From contig DASTPN010000010.1 in the NCBI GenBank assembly GCA_035719985.1, positions 1 to 51,342 on the forward strand: a stretch of DNA of 51,342 nt, read 5' to 3'. Made by a program: the position numbers and the translations under genes. The notes beneath the pieces were generated by a model. That model searched no databases and had not been told where the DNA came from. It saw only the letters and a list, made by a program, of their open reading frames with translations. Below, piece after piece: positions 22,479-31,873 of this stretch (positions are counted from its first letter, which is position 1; each line of letters begins with the position of its first letter). The DNA comes from Solirubrobacteraceae bacterium. GTDB taxonomy: Bacteria; Actinomycetota; Thermoleophilia; Solirubrobacterales; Solirubrobacteraceae.

Positions 22479-23996
22479 TCATGCCCTCGCGGCGCTGCCG
22501 TCGAAGCCGAAAGCCTGCTCCAGCGCGAACGCCGCGTCGAGCAGCCGAGTCTCGCTGAAGGCCGGGCCGGCGAGCTGAAAGCCAACCGGCAACCCTGCCC
22601 CGCCCGGGCCCAGAGAGCGATCCGAGCCGGCCAGGCCACACGGGATCGAGATCGCCGGGATGCCAGCCAGCGACATCGGCACCGTGCAGAAGTCGTTGAG
22701 GTACATTGCCAATGGGTCGCCGGTCTTCTCCCCCAGCTCGAAGGCGACCGTCGGCGCCGTTGGCGTCACGATCAGATCGCAAGCGGCGAAGGCGGAGCGG
22801 AAGTCCTCGACGATCTTCGTGCGCACGCGCTGGGCTCGGCCGTAGTAGGCGTCGTAGTAGCCGGAAGAGAGCACGTAGGTGCCGAGCATGACGCGGCGCT
22901 TGACCTCCGCGCCAAAGCCGTCGTGGCGGGTGTCGGTGTACATGCCGTTCAGGCCGCCGCCGGCGTCAGAGACGCGCAGGCCATAGCGGACGCCGTCGAA
23001 GCGGGCCAGGTTCGAGGAGCACTCGGCGGGGGCGATGATGTAGTAAGCCGACAGCGCGTGCGGGGCGTGCGGCAGGCGGACGCTCTCGACCGTGGCGCCC
23101 AGCGCTTCGGCCTGTGCCAGTCCGGCCTGGAAGGCGGCGAGTACGCCCGCTTCGACGCCCTCGCCCGTCAGCTCCTCGGGAACGCCGAGGCGGATGCCGT
23201 CCAGGCGCTCGGCGCTCGGCATTGCGATCTCCCCGGGGAAATCGAGCGAAGTGGCGTCGCGGCGGTCGCGGCCGACCATCTGGCGCAGCATCAACGCGGC
23301 GTCGGTGACGTCGCGGGTGAGCGGTCCGGCTTGGTCGAGCGAGGAGGCGAACGCGATCATCCCGTAGCGCGAGACGGCGCCGTAGGTGGGCTTGAGCCCG
23401 ACGATCCCGCACAGCGCGGCCGGCTGGCGGATCGATCCTCCCGTGTCGGTGCCAAGCGCCCACGGCGCCAGGCCGGCCGCAACCGCTGCCGCGCTGCCGC
23501 CGGAAGAGCCGCCAGGCACCCGCGACGGGTCCCACGGGTTGAGCACCGGGCCGTAGGCCGAGTTCTCGTTTGAGGAGCCCATCGCGAACTCGTCCTGGTT
23601 GGTCTTACCGAGCAAGCTCGCGCCGGCGGCCTGCAGGCGCTCGACGGCCGTGGCCGTGTACGGCGGCAGGTAGCCCTCGAGGATCTTCGAGCCCGACTGG
23701 GAGGGGATTCCCTCGGTGCAGAACAGGTCCTTGACGGCGATCGGCACGCCCTCAAGGGCGCCGGTGGGGACAGTGCCGCCGCCGGAGGAGCCGCTCGTTG
23801 ACGAGGACGATCCCGGACCAGACGGCGCCGAGCCGCTCGAGCCTGGCGATGGCTCGTCGGGAAGCCAGGTGAAGCAGTTCAAGCGATCCGCGCTCGCACG
23901 CGCATGGTAGGCGGCGAACAGCTCATCGGCGGACAGCTCGCCCGCGGCGATTGCGCTCGCCGCGGCGGCGGCGGTGAGGTCGGTCGGCTCGGACAC
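22479..23996 (-). CDS. gatA: Asp/Glu-tRNA amidotransferase subunit A
   Basis: amidase signature [52 protein letters not shown]. Confidence 0.97.
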   Translation of the reverse strand: MSEPTDLTAAAAASAIAAGELSADELFAAYHARASADRLNCFTWLPDEPSPGSSGSAPSGPGSSSSTSGSSGGGTVPTGALEGVPIAVKDLFCTEGIPSQSGSKILEGYLPPYTATAVERLQAAGASLLGKTNQDEFAMGSSNENSAYGPVLNPWDPSRVPGGSSGGSAAAVAAGLAPWALGTDTGGSIRQPAALCGIVGLKPTYGAVSRYGMIAFASSLDQAGPLTRDVTDAALMLRQMVGRDRRDATSLDFPGEIAMPSAERLDGIRLGVPEELTGEGVEAGVLAAFQAGLAQAEALGATVESVRLPHAPHALSAYYIIAPAECSSNLARFDGVRYGLRVSDAGGGLNGMYTDTRHDGFGAEVKRRVMLGTYVLSSGYYDAYYGRAQRVRTKIVEDFRSAFAACDLIVTPTAPTVAFELGEKTGDPLAMYLNDFCTVPMSLAGIPAISIPCGLAGSDRSLGPGGAGLPVGFQLAGPAFSETRLLDAAFALEQAFGFDGSAARA

Positions 23997-23998
23997 GA

Positions 23999-24283
23999 TC
24001 AGGCCTGAGGGCTCGGGACCAGGAAGCCGTCGTCACGGACGGCGGGAGCCTGGGCGAGCGCCACCTCGCGCGGCAGGCACGGCTCGGGCTCGTCCGCGCG
24101 CAGGCGTCCGCTGACCTCGATCACGTGCGAGGTAGGCGCCACATCCTCGAGATCCAGCTTGCCGATCCGCTCGACGTGCTCGAGCACCGCCGAGAGCTCG
24201 CGCGCCATTGGCTCGATCTCATCCTCGGCCAGATGCAGGCGTGCCAGACGCGCCACGTGTAGTACCTGCTCGCGGTCGATCAC
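23999..24283 (-). CDS. gatC: Asp/Glu-tRNA amidotransferase subunit C
   Basis: [28 protein letters not shown]...DGF.VP. Confidence 0.95.
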   Translation of the reverse strand: MIDREQVLHVARLARLHLAEDEIEPMARELSAVLEHVERIGKLDLEDVAPTSHVIEVSGRLRADEPEPCLPREVALAQAPAVRDDGFLVPSPQA

Positions 24284-24293
24284 CGGGGCGATT

Positions 24294-24734
24294 CTACGCG
24301 TGTAGGTCGCGCGGCTCGGGCGTAGCCGGCGGATAGCGGCTGGTGCGTTCGTCGCGCATCGACTGCCAGGAGCCCACGAGAATTAGAAGCGCGGCGGCCA
24401 GCGCCACCCAAACTCCCGCGCACAGCGAGGTCGCGCCCTGGGGTCGCTCCAGCAATCTGACTATCGCCGCGATGACAGCCACGAGCCCGAACAACGTGCT
24501 CCATACCGCGGCGGCAACCGGCAATGCCGTGGAGCGCTCGGTAACGGTCGTCACGATCAAGATGAGAGCCACGACGGCGGAGAGCAGGAGCAGCACGACA
24601 GCTGGCCCGAACGTATCGAAGGCGTCGAACGAGCGTTCGGCGTTTTCATACCAATCGAGCGTGAACGAGAAGATCACGCCCAGGGCACCGATCAGCGCCA
24701 GGATCTCCCCTACCCGCAGACGACCAAGTCTCAT
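24294..24734 (-). CDS. hypothetical four-TM membrane protein
   Basis: 146 aa with four hydrophobic segments; ATGA overlap with the folD stop. Confidence 0.7.
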   Translation of the reverse strand: MRLGRLRVGEILALIGALGVIFSFTLDWYENAERSFDAFDTFGPAVVLLLLSAVVALILIVTTVTERSTALPVAAAVWSTLFGLVAVIAAIVRLLERPQGATSLCAGVWVALAAALLILVGSWQSMRDERTSRYPPATPEPRDLHA

Positions 24735-25618
24735 GTTGCCTCCACGTTGGCGTTCTGGATGCGTGCCGCTTGCATCGTGTTGCCCAAGAGCATCGCGATC
24801 GTCATCGGCCCGACTCCGCCGGGCACCGGGGTGATGGCGCTTGCCAGCTCGCGCACCGGCTCGAAGTCGACATCGCCGACGAGCCCGCTGGAATTGCCCG
24901 CCTGCTCGGGAGTCAACCGGTTCATTCCCACATCGATCACGATCGCACCGGGCTTGACGAAGTCGCGCTCAATCATGCGCGGGCGCCCGACTGCGGCGAT
25001 CAGGATGTCGGCGCGAGCACATACGGCACGTAGATCGCGCGTGCGCGAGTGACAAACGGTGACGGTGGCGTTGGCGGCGAGCAACAGCTGCGCCATCGGC
25101 TTGCCGAACAAGTTCGAGCGACCGACAACAACGACCTCGGCTCCCTCGATCTGCGCATCGACGCTTGCCAGCAGCTCGATCACGCCGGCGGGAGTACACG
25201 GCCGCAAGCCCGGGCGCCCGAGCGAGAGCAGGCCGGCATTCACCGGAGTCAGCCCGTCAACGTCCTTGGCGGGATCGATCAGCCCGGTCAACGAAGGGCC
25301 GTCGAGGTGCTCCGGCAGCGGCAGTTGCAGCAACACCCCGTCAACGTCGTCGTCTTCGCCCAGCGCATGTAGCCGCGCCGCAAGATCCTTAGCGCTCGTG
25401 TCGGCGGGCAAGCGCACGTCAAACGGCCGCATCCCGACCTCGGCGCAGGCGCGCTGCTTGCCGCCCACGTAGACGGCGGATGCCGGATCCTCGCCGACGA
25501 GGACGGTCGCAAGCCCGGGGGGGCGCGCGCCTTCGGCGACGAGCTGCTGCACCTCCTCGGCCACCTGCCCACGCACGCGCGCGGCGATCTGCTTACCGTC
25601 GATGATCGTGGCCGTCAT
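24731..25618 (-). CDS. folD: bifunctional methylenetetrahydrofolate dehydrogenase/cyclohydrolase
   Basis: IIDGK, PGLATVLVG, YV..K, LLQLPLP, KDVDG, PCTP.G, GRSN..GKP, TPVPGGVGPMT; start ATG 25618 after TACGAT. Confidence 0.97.
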   Translation of the reverse strand: MTATIIDGKQIAARVRGQVAEEVQQLVAEGARPPGLATVLVGEDPASAVYVGGKQRACAEVGMRPFDVRLPADTSAKDLAARLHALGEDDDVDGVLLQLPLPEHLDGPSLTGLIDPAKDVDGLTPVNAGLLSLGRPGLRPCTPAGVIELLASVDAQIEGAEVVVVGRSNLFGKPMAQLLLAANATVTVCHSRTRDLRAVCARADILIAAVGRPRMIERDFVKPGAIVIDVGMNRLTPEQAGNSSGLVGDVDFEPVRELASAITPVPGGVGPMTIAMLLGNTMQAARIQNANVEAT

Positions 25619-25632
25619 CGGCGGCATCGTAT

Positions 25633-28026
25633 TCAGCGGCGGGTCACCGGCGCATAGTCGGCCATCAGCTTGCGCTCCGAGCCATCGCCGGAGAAGCGCA
25701 CGACGATGATCCCGCCCGGCTCGACGCCGGTGACTACGCCGTCGCCGAAAGCGGCGTGGACGACGTCCTCGCCGAGACGGTAGTTCTGCGCGGAGGAAGA
25801 GCGATCGGCGGCGGGCGCCGTCGATCCAGGCACCGCCATGCCGACCCGGGCGCGCCCGCCACCGCCTGGCGCGCCGCCGAGCAGCCCGCCGCGCGCGCCG
25901 CCGATCCCACCAAGGCCGAGGCCCGCTCCCAGGCCCGCCCCACCCGGACGCGGTGACGGCATTTCGTCGCGTTCGGTCAGGTCGGCCGGGATCTCATCCA
26001 GAAAGCGACTCGATAGGGCATAAGACGGCGTCCCGAACACCGTGCGCCGCCGCGCATAGGTGAGGTAGAGATCGTTCATCGCGCGCGTCACCGCAACGTA
26101 GAACAGCCGCCGCTCCTCCTCGATCTCGCCTTCGTCGAGCGCGCGCTGATGGGGGAAGACGCCCTCCTCGCAGCCGGCGACGAACACGATCGGGTACTCC
26201 AGGCCCTTGGCGTTGTGAAGCGTCATCAGCGTCACGAGGCCCTGCTCGTCGCGGCGCGAGTCCGAATCGGACTTCAGCGCAAGCTCTTGCAAGAACAGCT
26301 CGAGGTCTTCCTGCTCTCCGCCGCCACCACTGCCGGCAACGCCACCGCTGCCGCGAAGCTCTGAGCGACCGGCGTCGAACTCGTGAGCGACCTCCACCAG
26401 CTGCCCTAGATTTTCCAAGCGCCCCTGAGACTCGAATGCCTTTTCGCCGTGGCCGACCGACTCTGCCTCGAGCGCCTCGATATATCCCGAGCGCTGCAGC
26501 ATCGCCTCCATCAGATCGCCGACCGGTACGCCCGTGCGGGCCAGCTCGCGCAGATCGACCATCGTGGCCATGAAGCGCCCAAGCGCCTTGATCGCGGCCG
26601 CGCCCAGGCTAGGGATCGAATCGGCGGCGGCGGCCACATCCCAGACCGGCTCGCCGACGCTGGCCGAGTGAGCGACTATCCGCGAGAGCGAGGTCTGCCC
26701 CAGCCCGCGCCGGGGAGAGTTGGCTACACGCTGGAAACTGACGACGTCATAGGGGTTGGCGATCCAAGCGAGGTAGGAGATCGCGTCCTTGATCTCGGCG
26801 CGCTCGTAGAACTTGGTGCCCCCGATCACCTGGTAGGCGATCTCGCGCCGCACGAGCGTGTCCTCGATCACCCGTGACATCGCATTGGTCCGGTAGAAGA
26901 CGGCGATCTCCGCGCGCGAGGCGCCCTCGTCCACCAATCGCTCGATCTCGCCGAAAAGGAAACGCGCCTCGGCGTGCTCGTCCTCCAGGCAACGCACCTT
27001 GATCGGGGAGCCATTCCCCTTTTCGCTCCACAACCGCTTAGCGATGCCGCCGCGGTTGTTGGCGATCACCGCGTTGGCGGCAGAGAGGATCGTCTGTGTC
27101 GAGCGGTAGTTCTGCTCGAGCTTGACGACGCGGGCGTCGGGGAAGTCCTCGGTGAAGTCAAGGATGTTGGAGATGTCAGCGCCGCGAAACCCGTACACCG
27201 ACTGGCTGTCGTCGCCGACCACCGCCAGGTTGCGATGTCCGGCCAGGTTCACCGGCTCTCCGTGGGCCGGGCGTTGGCGACCCCCACCCACCAACAGCTG
27301 CAGTAGCCGATACTGCGCGTGGTTGGTGTCCTGGTACTCGTCGACGAGCACGTGCTTGAACGAGCCGGCGTAGCGCTCGCGCACGTCTTCGAACAGCTCG
27401 AGCAGATTGACGGTGCGAAACAGCAGGTCATCGAAATCCATCGCGTTCATCCGCTGCAGCTCTTTCTCGTAGAGCAGGTAGACCTCGCCTACGACCTCCT
27501 CGAACACCGAGCCGATACGCCCGGAGCAGTCCTCGCCGGAGAGCAGCTTGTTCTTGGCGCGCGAGATCTCGCCGTGGATCGCCGCCGGCGCGAAGCGCTT
27601 GGAGTCGACGCCGATCTCCTCCATGCAGCGCTTGATCATCCGCCGCGAGTCGGCCTGGTCGTAGATCGTGAATCGTGAGGTGTAGCCGAGCCGCTCGCCC
27701 TGGGCGCGCAGGATGCGCGCGCAGGCGGCGTGGAAGGTCATCAGCCACATGCCGCGAGTCCCCTGGCCTCCAAGCAACCGCTCCACCCTGCCGCGCATCT
27801 CCTGGGCGGCCTTATTCGTGAAGGTGATCGCCAGGATCTCGCTCGGGTGGACTTGCCCGGTGAAGATCAAAAAAGCGACGCGATGGGTGAGCACGCGCGT
27901 CTTGCCGCTGCCGGCGCCGGCCAGGATCAAGAGCGGCCCCTCGTCGTGGGTGACGGCCTCGCGCTGGGGCTCGTTCAGGCCCTCGAGGAGGGCGTCGACG
28001 CGCTCGGCTTGGTCGGCTGGGGACAC
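25633..28026 (-). CDS. pcrA: ATP-dependent DNA helicase PcrA/UvrD
   Basis: LAGAGSGKT, TFTNKAA.EM, VDEYQDTN, GDDSQSVYGFRGA, LEQNYRST, TLHNAKGLEYP, EEERRLFYVA.TRA, C-terminal Tudor-like VVH..FG.G. Confidence 0.96.
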   Translation of the reverse strand: MSPADQAERVDALLEGLNEPQREAVTHDEGPLLILAGAGSGKTRVLTHRVAFLIFTGQVHPSEILAITFTNKAAQEMRGRVERLLGGQGTRGMWLMTFHAACARILRAQGERLGYTSRFTIYDQADSRRMIKRCMEEIGVDSKRFAPAAIHGEISRAKNKLLSGEDCSGRIGSVFEEVVGEVYLLYEKELQRMNAMDFDDLLFRTVNLLELFEDVRERYAGSFKHVLVDEYQDTNHAQYRLLQLLVGGGRQRPAHGEPVNLAGHRNLAVVGDDSQSVYGFRGADISNILDFTEDFPDARVVKLEQNYRSTQTILSAANAVIANNRGGIAKRLWSEKGNGSPIKVRCLEDEHAEARFLFGEIERLVDEGASRAEIAVFYRTNAMSRVIEDTLVRREIAYQVIGGTKFYERAEIKDAISYLAWIANPYDVVSFQRVANSPRRGLGQTSLSRIVAHSASVGEPVWDVAAAADSIPSLGAAAIKALGRFMATMVDLRELARTGVPVGDLMEAMLQRSGYIEALEAESVGHGEKAFESQGRLENLGQLVEVAHEFDAGRSELRGSGGVAGSGGGGEQEDLELFLQELALKSDSDSRRDEQGLVTLMTLHNAKGLEYPIVFVAGCEEGVFPHQRALDEGEIEEERRLFYVAVTRAMNDLYLTYARRRTVFGTPSYALSSRFLDEIPADLTERDEMPSPRPGGAGLGAGLGLGGIGGARGGLLGGAPGGGGRARVGMAVPGSTAPAADRSSSAQNYRLGEDVVHAAFGDGVVTGVEPGGIIVVRFSGDGSERKLMADYAPVTRR

Positions 28027-28086
28027 CTTTGGAGCATAGACTGGAGCCCCGTCCCATCAAGCACTACGGCTTGGAGCGCACTAGCA

Positions 28087-28140
28087 GAACAGGCAGCGCT
28101 GTTCGTAGAACGCCGGATGGGCGAACAGGCAGGGTAGTTC
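28087..28140. promoter_or_regulatory. two tandem 18-bp GAAC-N10-GTTC boxes (putative operator)
   Basis: GAACAGGCAGCGCTGTTC (28087-28104) and GAACAGGCAGGGTAGTTC (28123-28140) in the divergent pcrA/qng1-like intergenic region. Confidence 0.4.
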
Positions 28141-28152
28141 TTCACGAAAACG

Positions 28153-29061
28153 ATGCCAAGGGCCATGACGATCGACCGGGAGGTTCGCCGCTTCTGCGAG
28201 CGTATTGCGCGCGACGCGGAGCATGTCCGTATCGACCTCGACGTCATTGCCGACATCGTCCCAGCCGAGCCGCCGGCACCCGACGGCGAGCGTCACTTTC
28301 TGGAGGGGTCTCCTGCCGACGTCGCAGACTACGTGCTAGCGCTGGATGCAATCAATTTTGGCTCGGGCTGGTTTCCAACGCTGCGCAAGCGGCTGGCTCA
28401 TGGCGAGCCGGTTAGCGGCTATTTCACAATCGCATGGAACCTCACAGACCACGTACGCACGCACGGTCCGCCGACAAGCCGGTGGCTGGCGCAGGTGACT
28501 AGCGTGGAGATCGCCGCCATCTTGGGGCAGGACCCGGGCAACGAGTTGATGAGCCTGTACGCCCAGGCGCTGCGTGAGCTAGGCCGTTTCTTGGCTGGAC
28601 CGCCCGCCCGCCGAGCGCTCGACCTGGTCGACCACGCAGGCGGCTCGGCTGTGCGCCTGGCCGATCTCGTCAGCAGCGGGATGAGGATGTGGGCAGACCG
28701 CGGCTTCTACAAGAAGCGGGCTCAGATTCTCGCAGCCGATCTCGCAATGGCGGGAGTGGCCGAGTTCGAGGATCTCGATCGCCTGACGATCTTCGCTGAC
28801 AACCTCGTCCCCCACGTCCTGCGCTGCGACGGAGTGCTCGTATACGACGACGCTCTCGCTGCCCGAATCGACGCAGGGCAACGATTGCAGTTGGGCGGCG
28901 CCGAGCGCGAGATTAGAGCGTGCGCGCTACACACCTGCACGCTGATCTCACAGCGCACCGGGATCGCCGAGCGCGAGATCGACAACTGGCTATGGACGCG
29001 TGGACAGGCACCTGAGTACAAGTCCCGCCCGCGCCATCGTTGCCGGACTGTCTTCTATTAG
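28153..29061 (+). CDS. queuosine salvage family protein (DUF2419 / Qng1-like)
   Basis: LDAINFGSGW, GY, FYK(K)RAQI, LTIFADN.VP.VL, E.EIRA, ID..LW..GQ, H..RTVFY; start may be ATG 28165. Confidence 0.85.
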   Translation: MPRAMTIDREVRRFCERIARDAEHVRIDLDVIADIVPAEPPAPDGERHFLEGSPADVADYVLALDAINFGSGWFPTLRKRLAHGEPVSGYFTIAWNLTDHVRTHGPPTSRWLAQVTSVEIAAILGQDPGNELMSLYAQALRELGRFLAGPPARRALDLVDHAGGSAVRLADLVSSGMRMWADRGFYKKRAQILAADLAMAGVAEFEDLDRLTIFADNLVPHVLRCDGVLVYDDALAARIDAGQRLQLGGAEREIRACALHTCTLISQRTGIAEREIDNWLWTRGQAPEYKSRPRHRCRTVFY

Positions 29062-29798
29062 CCCCCGGCGGGGCTTGGGCCCTTGACGGTGCGCAACGGA
29101 CGCACATCCTCGGGCGGGGCGGTCTCCTCGCCGGAGATCTCTGCAACCGCTCGCTCCAGCGCGCCGATGCGGGAGGCGAGACCCTGAATCGCCTCGGCGA
29201 TCGGATCGGGTAGGTGGATCCAGTCGGCGTCCGGACCCTCGGGGCGACGGCCTTCCACGCGGACGGGATGACCAGGGTTACCGACAACCGTCGAGTTCGG
29301 TGGCACGTCGGTGATCACGACGCTGTTGGCACCGATCTTGGCGCCATGTCCAATGACGATCGGGCCGAGCAGCTTTGCGCCTGAGCCGATTGTGACGTTG
29401 TCCTGCACTGTCGGGTGACGCTTGCCGGTGGCAAAGCCTGTACCGCCCAGCGTTACGCCCTGGTAGAGCGTGACGTTGTCGCCGATCTCGGCGGTCTCGC
29501 CGATCACGAGCCCGGAGCCATGGTCGATGAACAGGCCTCTGCCGATAGTCGCAGCCGGATGAATCTCGATGCCGGTCAGCATGCGGGAAAGAAAAGCGAT
29601 CAGCCGCGGCAGCAGCGGGACGTCGGACTCGTGCAATGCATGGGCGAGTCGGTGCGCCAACAGCGCCTGGATACCAGGCCAGGTGGCGACGATCTCAAGC
29701 TGCGCCACTTTGCAGGCCGCGGGATCGCGGTCACGCGCAGCTTTGACGTCTCGGTGCAACTCCTTGGCCACCCGCGTTACGATCCCGATGCCTGGCAT
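29058..29798 (-). CDS. cysE: serine O-acetyltransferase
   Basis: RDPAA, TGIEIHP.A.IG, FIDHG.G.VIGET, TLGGTG, KRHPT, hexapeptide repeats; start ATG 29798 after TACGCT. Confidence 0.96.
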   Translation of the reverse strand: MPGIGIVTRVAKELHRDVKAARDRDPAACKVAQLEIVATWPGIQALLAHRLAHALHESDVPLLPRLIAFLSRMLTGIEIHPAATIGRGLFIDHGSGLVIGETAEIGDNVTLYQGVTLGGTGFATGKRHPTVQDNVTIGSGAKLLGPIVIGHGAKIGANSVVITDVPPNSTVVGNPGHPVRVEGRRPEGPDADWIHLPDPIAEAIQGLASRIGALERAVAEISGEETAPPEDVRPLRTVKGPSPAGG

Positions 29799-29982
29799 AG
29801 GCAGAGCGTAGCGTCCAAGGGAGTGTTTCCTACCGAAATTGAGACGGTGGTTGACGCATCGTGCTATGTGATTCCACACTCTGTTGAACTGTTAGTTCAT
29901 TCAGCATTCCTCAGGTACGATCTGAAATTGTGCACGGTTCGCTCATATCGAACGAGCTGAGATCTAACTTGACCACGCGGCG

Positions 29983-31182
29983 GTGGACTGGATGAGTGTC
30001 CACGCCACGCCGATCTCTGCGCCGCCGGCCCAATTCGAGCAACCCACCGTGGCGGAGCCCGTAGTGTCAGTGGTGATTCCGTGCCTGAACGAGGCCGGCA
30101 GCGTTACGCAATGTGTCGAGACCGCGCTGGCCACCTTGACCGAAGCCGACATCCCAGGCGAGGTGATCGTCGTCGACAACGGCTCGACTGACGGCAGTTA
30201 CGAACTCGCCGAGGCGGCCGGAGCCCTCGTCGTACACGAGCCTCGGCGTGGCTACGGCAGCGCATACCTGGCCGGATTCGCCTCGGCATCGGGCACTTAC
30301 GTCGTGATGGCCGACGCCGATATGACCTACGACCTGCGCGAGATACCCCGCTTTCTCGCTGAGCTGCGCGACGGCGCAGACATGGTAATCGGAGATCGGA
30401 TGTCGAAAATACATTTAGGAGCGATGCCGTGGCACCACCGCTACATCGGTAACCCGCTGCTCTCCGGGCTGCTCAACGCCTTCTTCCATGCCGGGGTTCG
30501 CGACGCCCACTGCGGCATGCGCGCCTTCCGCCGCGACCGGCTCGACCAGTTGCAGCTGCGCGCTACCGGCATGGAGTTCGCTTCGGAGATGGTCGTGCGC
30601 GCGACACGCGAGCGGTTGCGGATTCGCCAGGTGGACATCGAGTACCTGCCTCGAGACGGCGAGTCGAAGCTCTCGAGCTTTCGTGATGGCTGGCGCCATC
30701 TGCGTTTCATGCTGCTGCATTCCCCCAGTCATCTCTTCATCCTGCCGGGCGCTGCCGTGGCGACGCTGGGCGCTCTCATCTCAGCGATGGTTCTCGGCCA
30801 GGTGGACATCTTCGGGCGCCAATGGGATCTACATGCGCTGATCGGCGGCGCGCTGCTTCTGATCGTCGGAGCTCAGATTACGAGTCTCGGCCTGTGCGCA
30901 CACGCATACGCGACCTACTTCATGGATTACAGCGAGCGATGGTTCGATCGGTTGCGCGCACGCCTGCGACTCGAGCATGGCCTGATGCTGGGCAGTGCGA
31001 TCACTTGTGTAGGGGTTGCTATCAGCGCCTACATCGCCACGCGCTGGGTGGCGCGCGGTCTCGGCAGCCTCTCCCAGGAGCGTACGGCGATACTTGCCGC
31101 CACCTTGATAGTGCTCGGCTTGCAGGTGATCTTCTCTTCCTTCCTGCTCAGCATCCTCGGTCTACGAAGGGACCGCGCTTGA
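29983..31182 (+). CDS. GT2 glycosyltransferase (DPM1-like, probable polyprenyl-phosphate sugar synthase) with C-terminal TM domain
   Basis: SVVIPCLNE, VVDNGSTD, GYGSA, DAD, DAHCGMRAF, GMEFASEM, GESKL..FRDGWRHL; four C-terminal TM segments. Confidence 0.9.
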   Translation: MDWMSVHATPISAPPAQFEQPTVAEPVVSVVIPCLNEAGSVTQCVETALATLTEADIPGEVIVVDNGSTDGSYELAEAAGALVVHEPRRGYGSAYLAGFASASGTYVVMADADMTYDLREIPRFLAELRDGADMVIGDRMSKIHLGAMPWHHRYIGNPLLSGLLNAFFHAGVRDAHCGMRAFRRDRLDQLQLRATGMEFASEMVVRATRERLRIRQVDIEYLPRDGESKLSSFRDGWRHLRFMLLHSPSHLFILPGAAVATLGALISAMVLGQVDIFGRQWDLHALIGGALLLIVGAQITSLGLCAHAYATYFMDYSERWFDRLRARLRLEHGLMLGSAITCVGVAISAYIATRWVARGLGSLSQERTAILAATLIVLGLQVIFSSFLLSILGLRRDRA

Positions 31183-31192
31183 CAGGCACAAC

Positions 31193-31873
31193 GTGTCGCC
31201 GGCGCCGGCACGAACGCCGACTGCGCGCCGACCGATGATTGCCGCCCGTACAGCGTTGGCGCTCAGCGTTGCGACGATGCTCGTCCTGATCGCTGTCACG
31301 CTGACCAGATCGCCCGTGCGCGTCGTCCGCGTCGGGGAGCCGAGGCCATTGAAAACTCTCGGCTCCACGACTGGCCCAATCAGCGTATGCCAGGAAGGTG
31401 AAACCCTGCCGGCGAAGGTTTCTGCGATCAGGGCGGGCCTGGAAGGATCACTCGGCCCGCCGGTCTTGTTGCGAGCCTTCGCTGGTGGACGCATTGTCGC
31501 CGAAGGAAGCAGGAGCGGCAATTGGACCGACGACACGGTCACGATACCCGTAAAGCCTCTGAGCGCAGGCGCTCACTCCGTCAAGCTCTGCCTGTACGTC
31601 CGACACAACGACGAGTTACTTCAGCTCTACGGCGCTGCCAGCGGGTCACATCTTGCTGCCTACTCAGCTGGCGGACAGAGACTTCCAGGCCGCTTCAGCG
31701 TTGAATACCTCGCCTCTGACGGCAACTCGTGGTGGTCACGGGTAGTTTCGGTGGCACGACACGTCGGGATCGGTCATGCATTTGCCGGGACCTGGGTCGC
31801 GCTCTTGCTTGCCATGCTGGTGGCGGCGCTCGCCAGCTTGCTCGTGGGTCTCGCCTGGAAGGAACTACCGTGA
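31193..31873 (+). CDS. hypothetical membrane-anchored protein (N- and C-terminal TM, Cys pair), copy 2
   Basis: paralog of 19297..19968; starts 10 bp after the GT2 stop. Confidence 0.8.
   Translation: MSPAPARTPTARRPMIAARTALALSVATMLVLIAVTLTRSPVRVVRVGEPRPLKTLGSTTGPISVCQEGETLPAKVSAIRAGLEGSLGPPVLLRAFAGGRIVAEGSRSGNWTDDTVTIPVKPLSAGAHSVKLCLYVRHNDELLQLYGAASGSHLAAYSAGGQRLPGRFSVEYLASDGNSWWSRVVSVARHVGIGHAFAGTWVALLLAMLVAALASLLVGLAWKELP

Noticed and set aside
22424-22639. gatB frame open upstream into gatA, suggesting a frameshift fusion
   Set aside because: GatA has a normal C-terminus and stop, GatB has its own ATG, and no slippery site was seen
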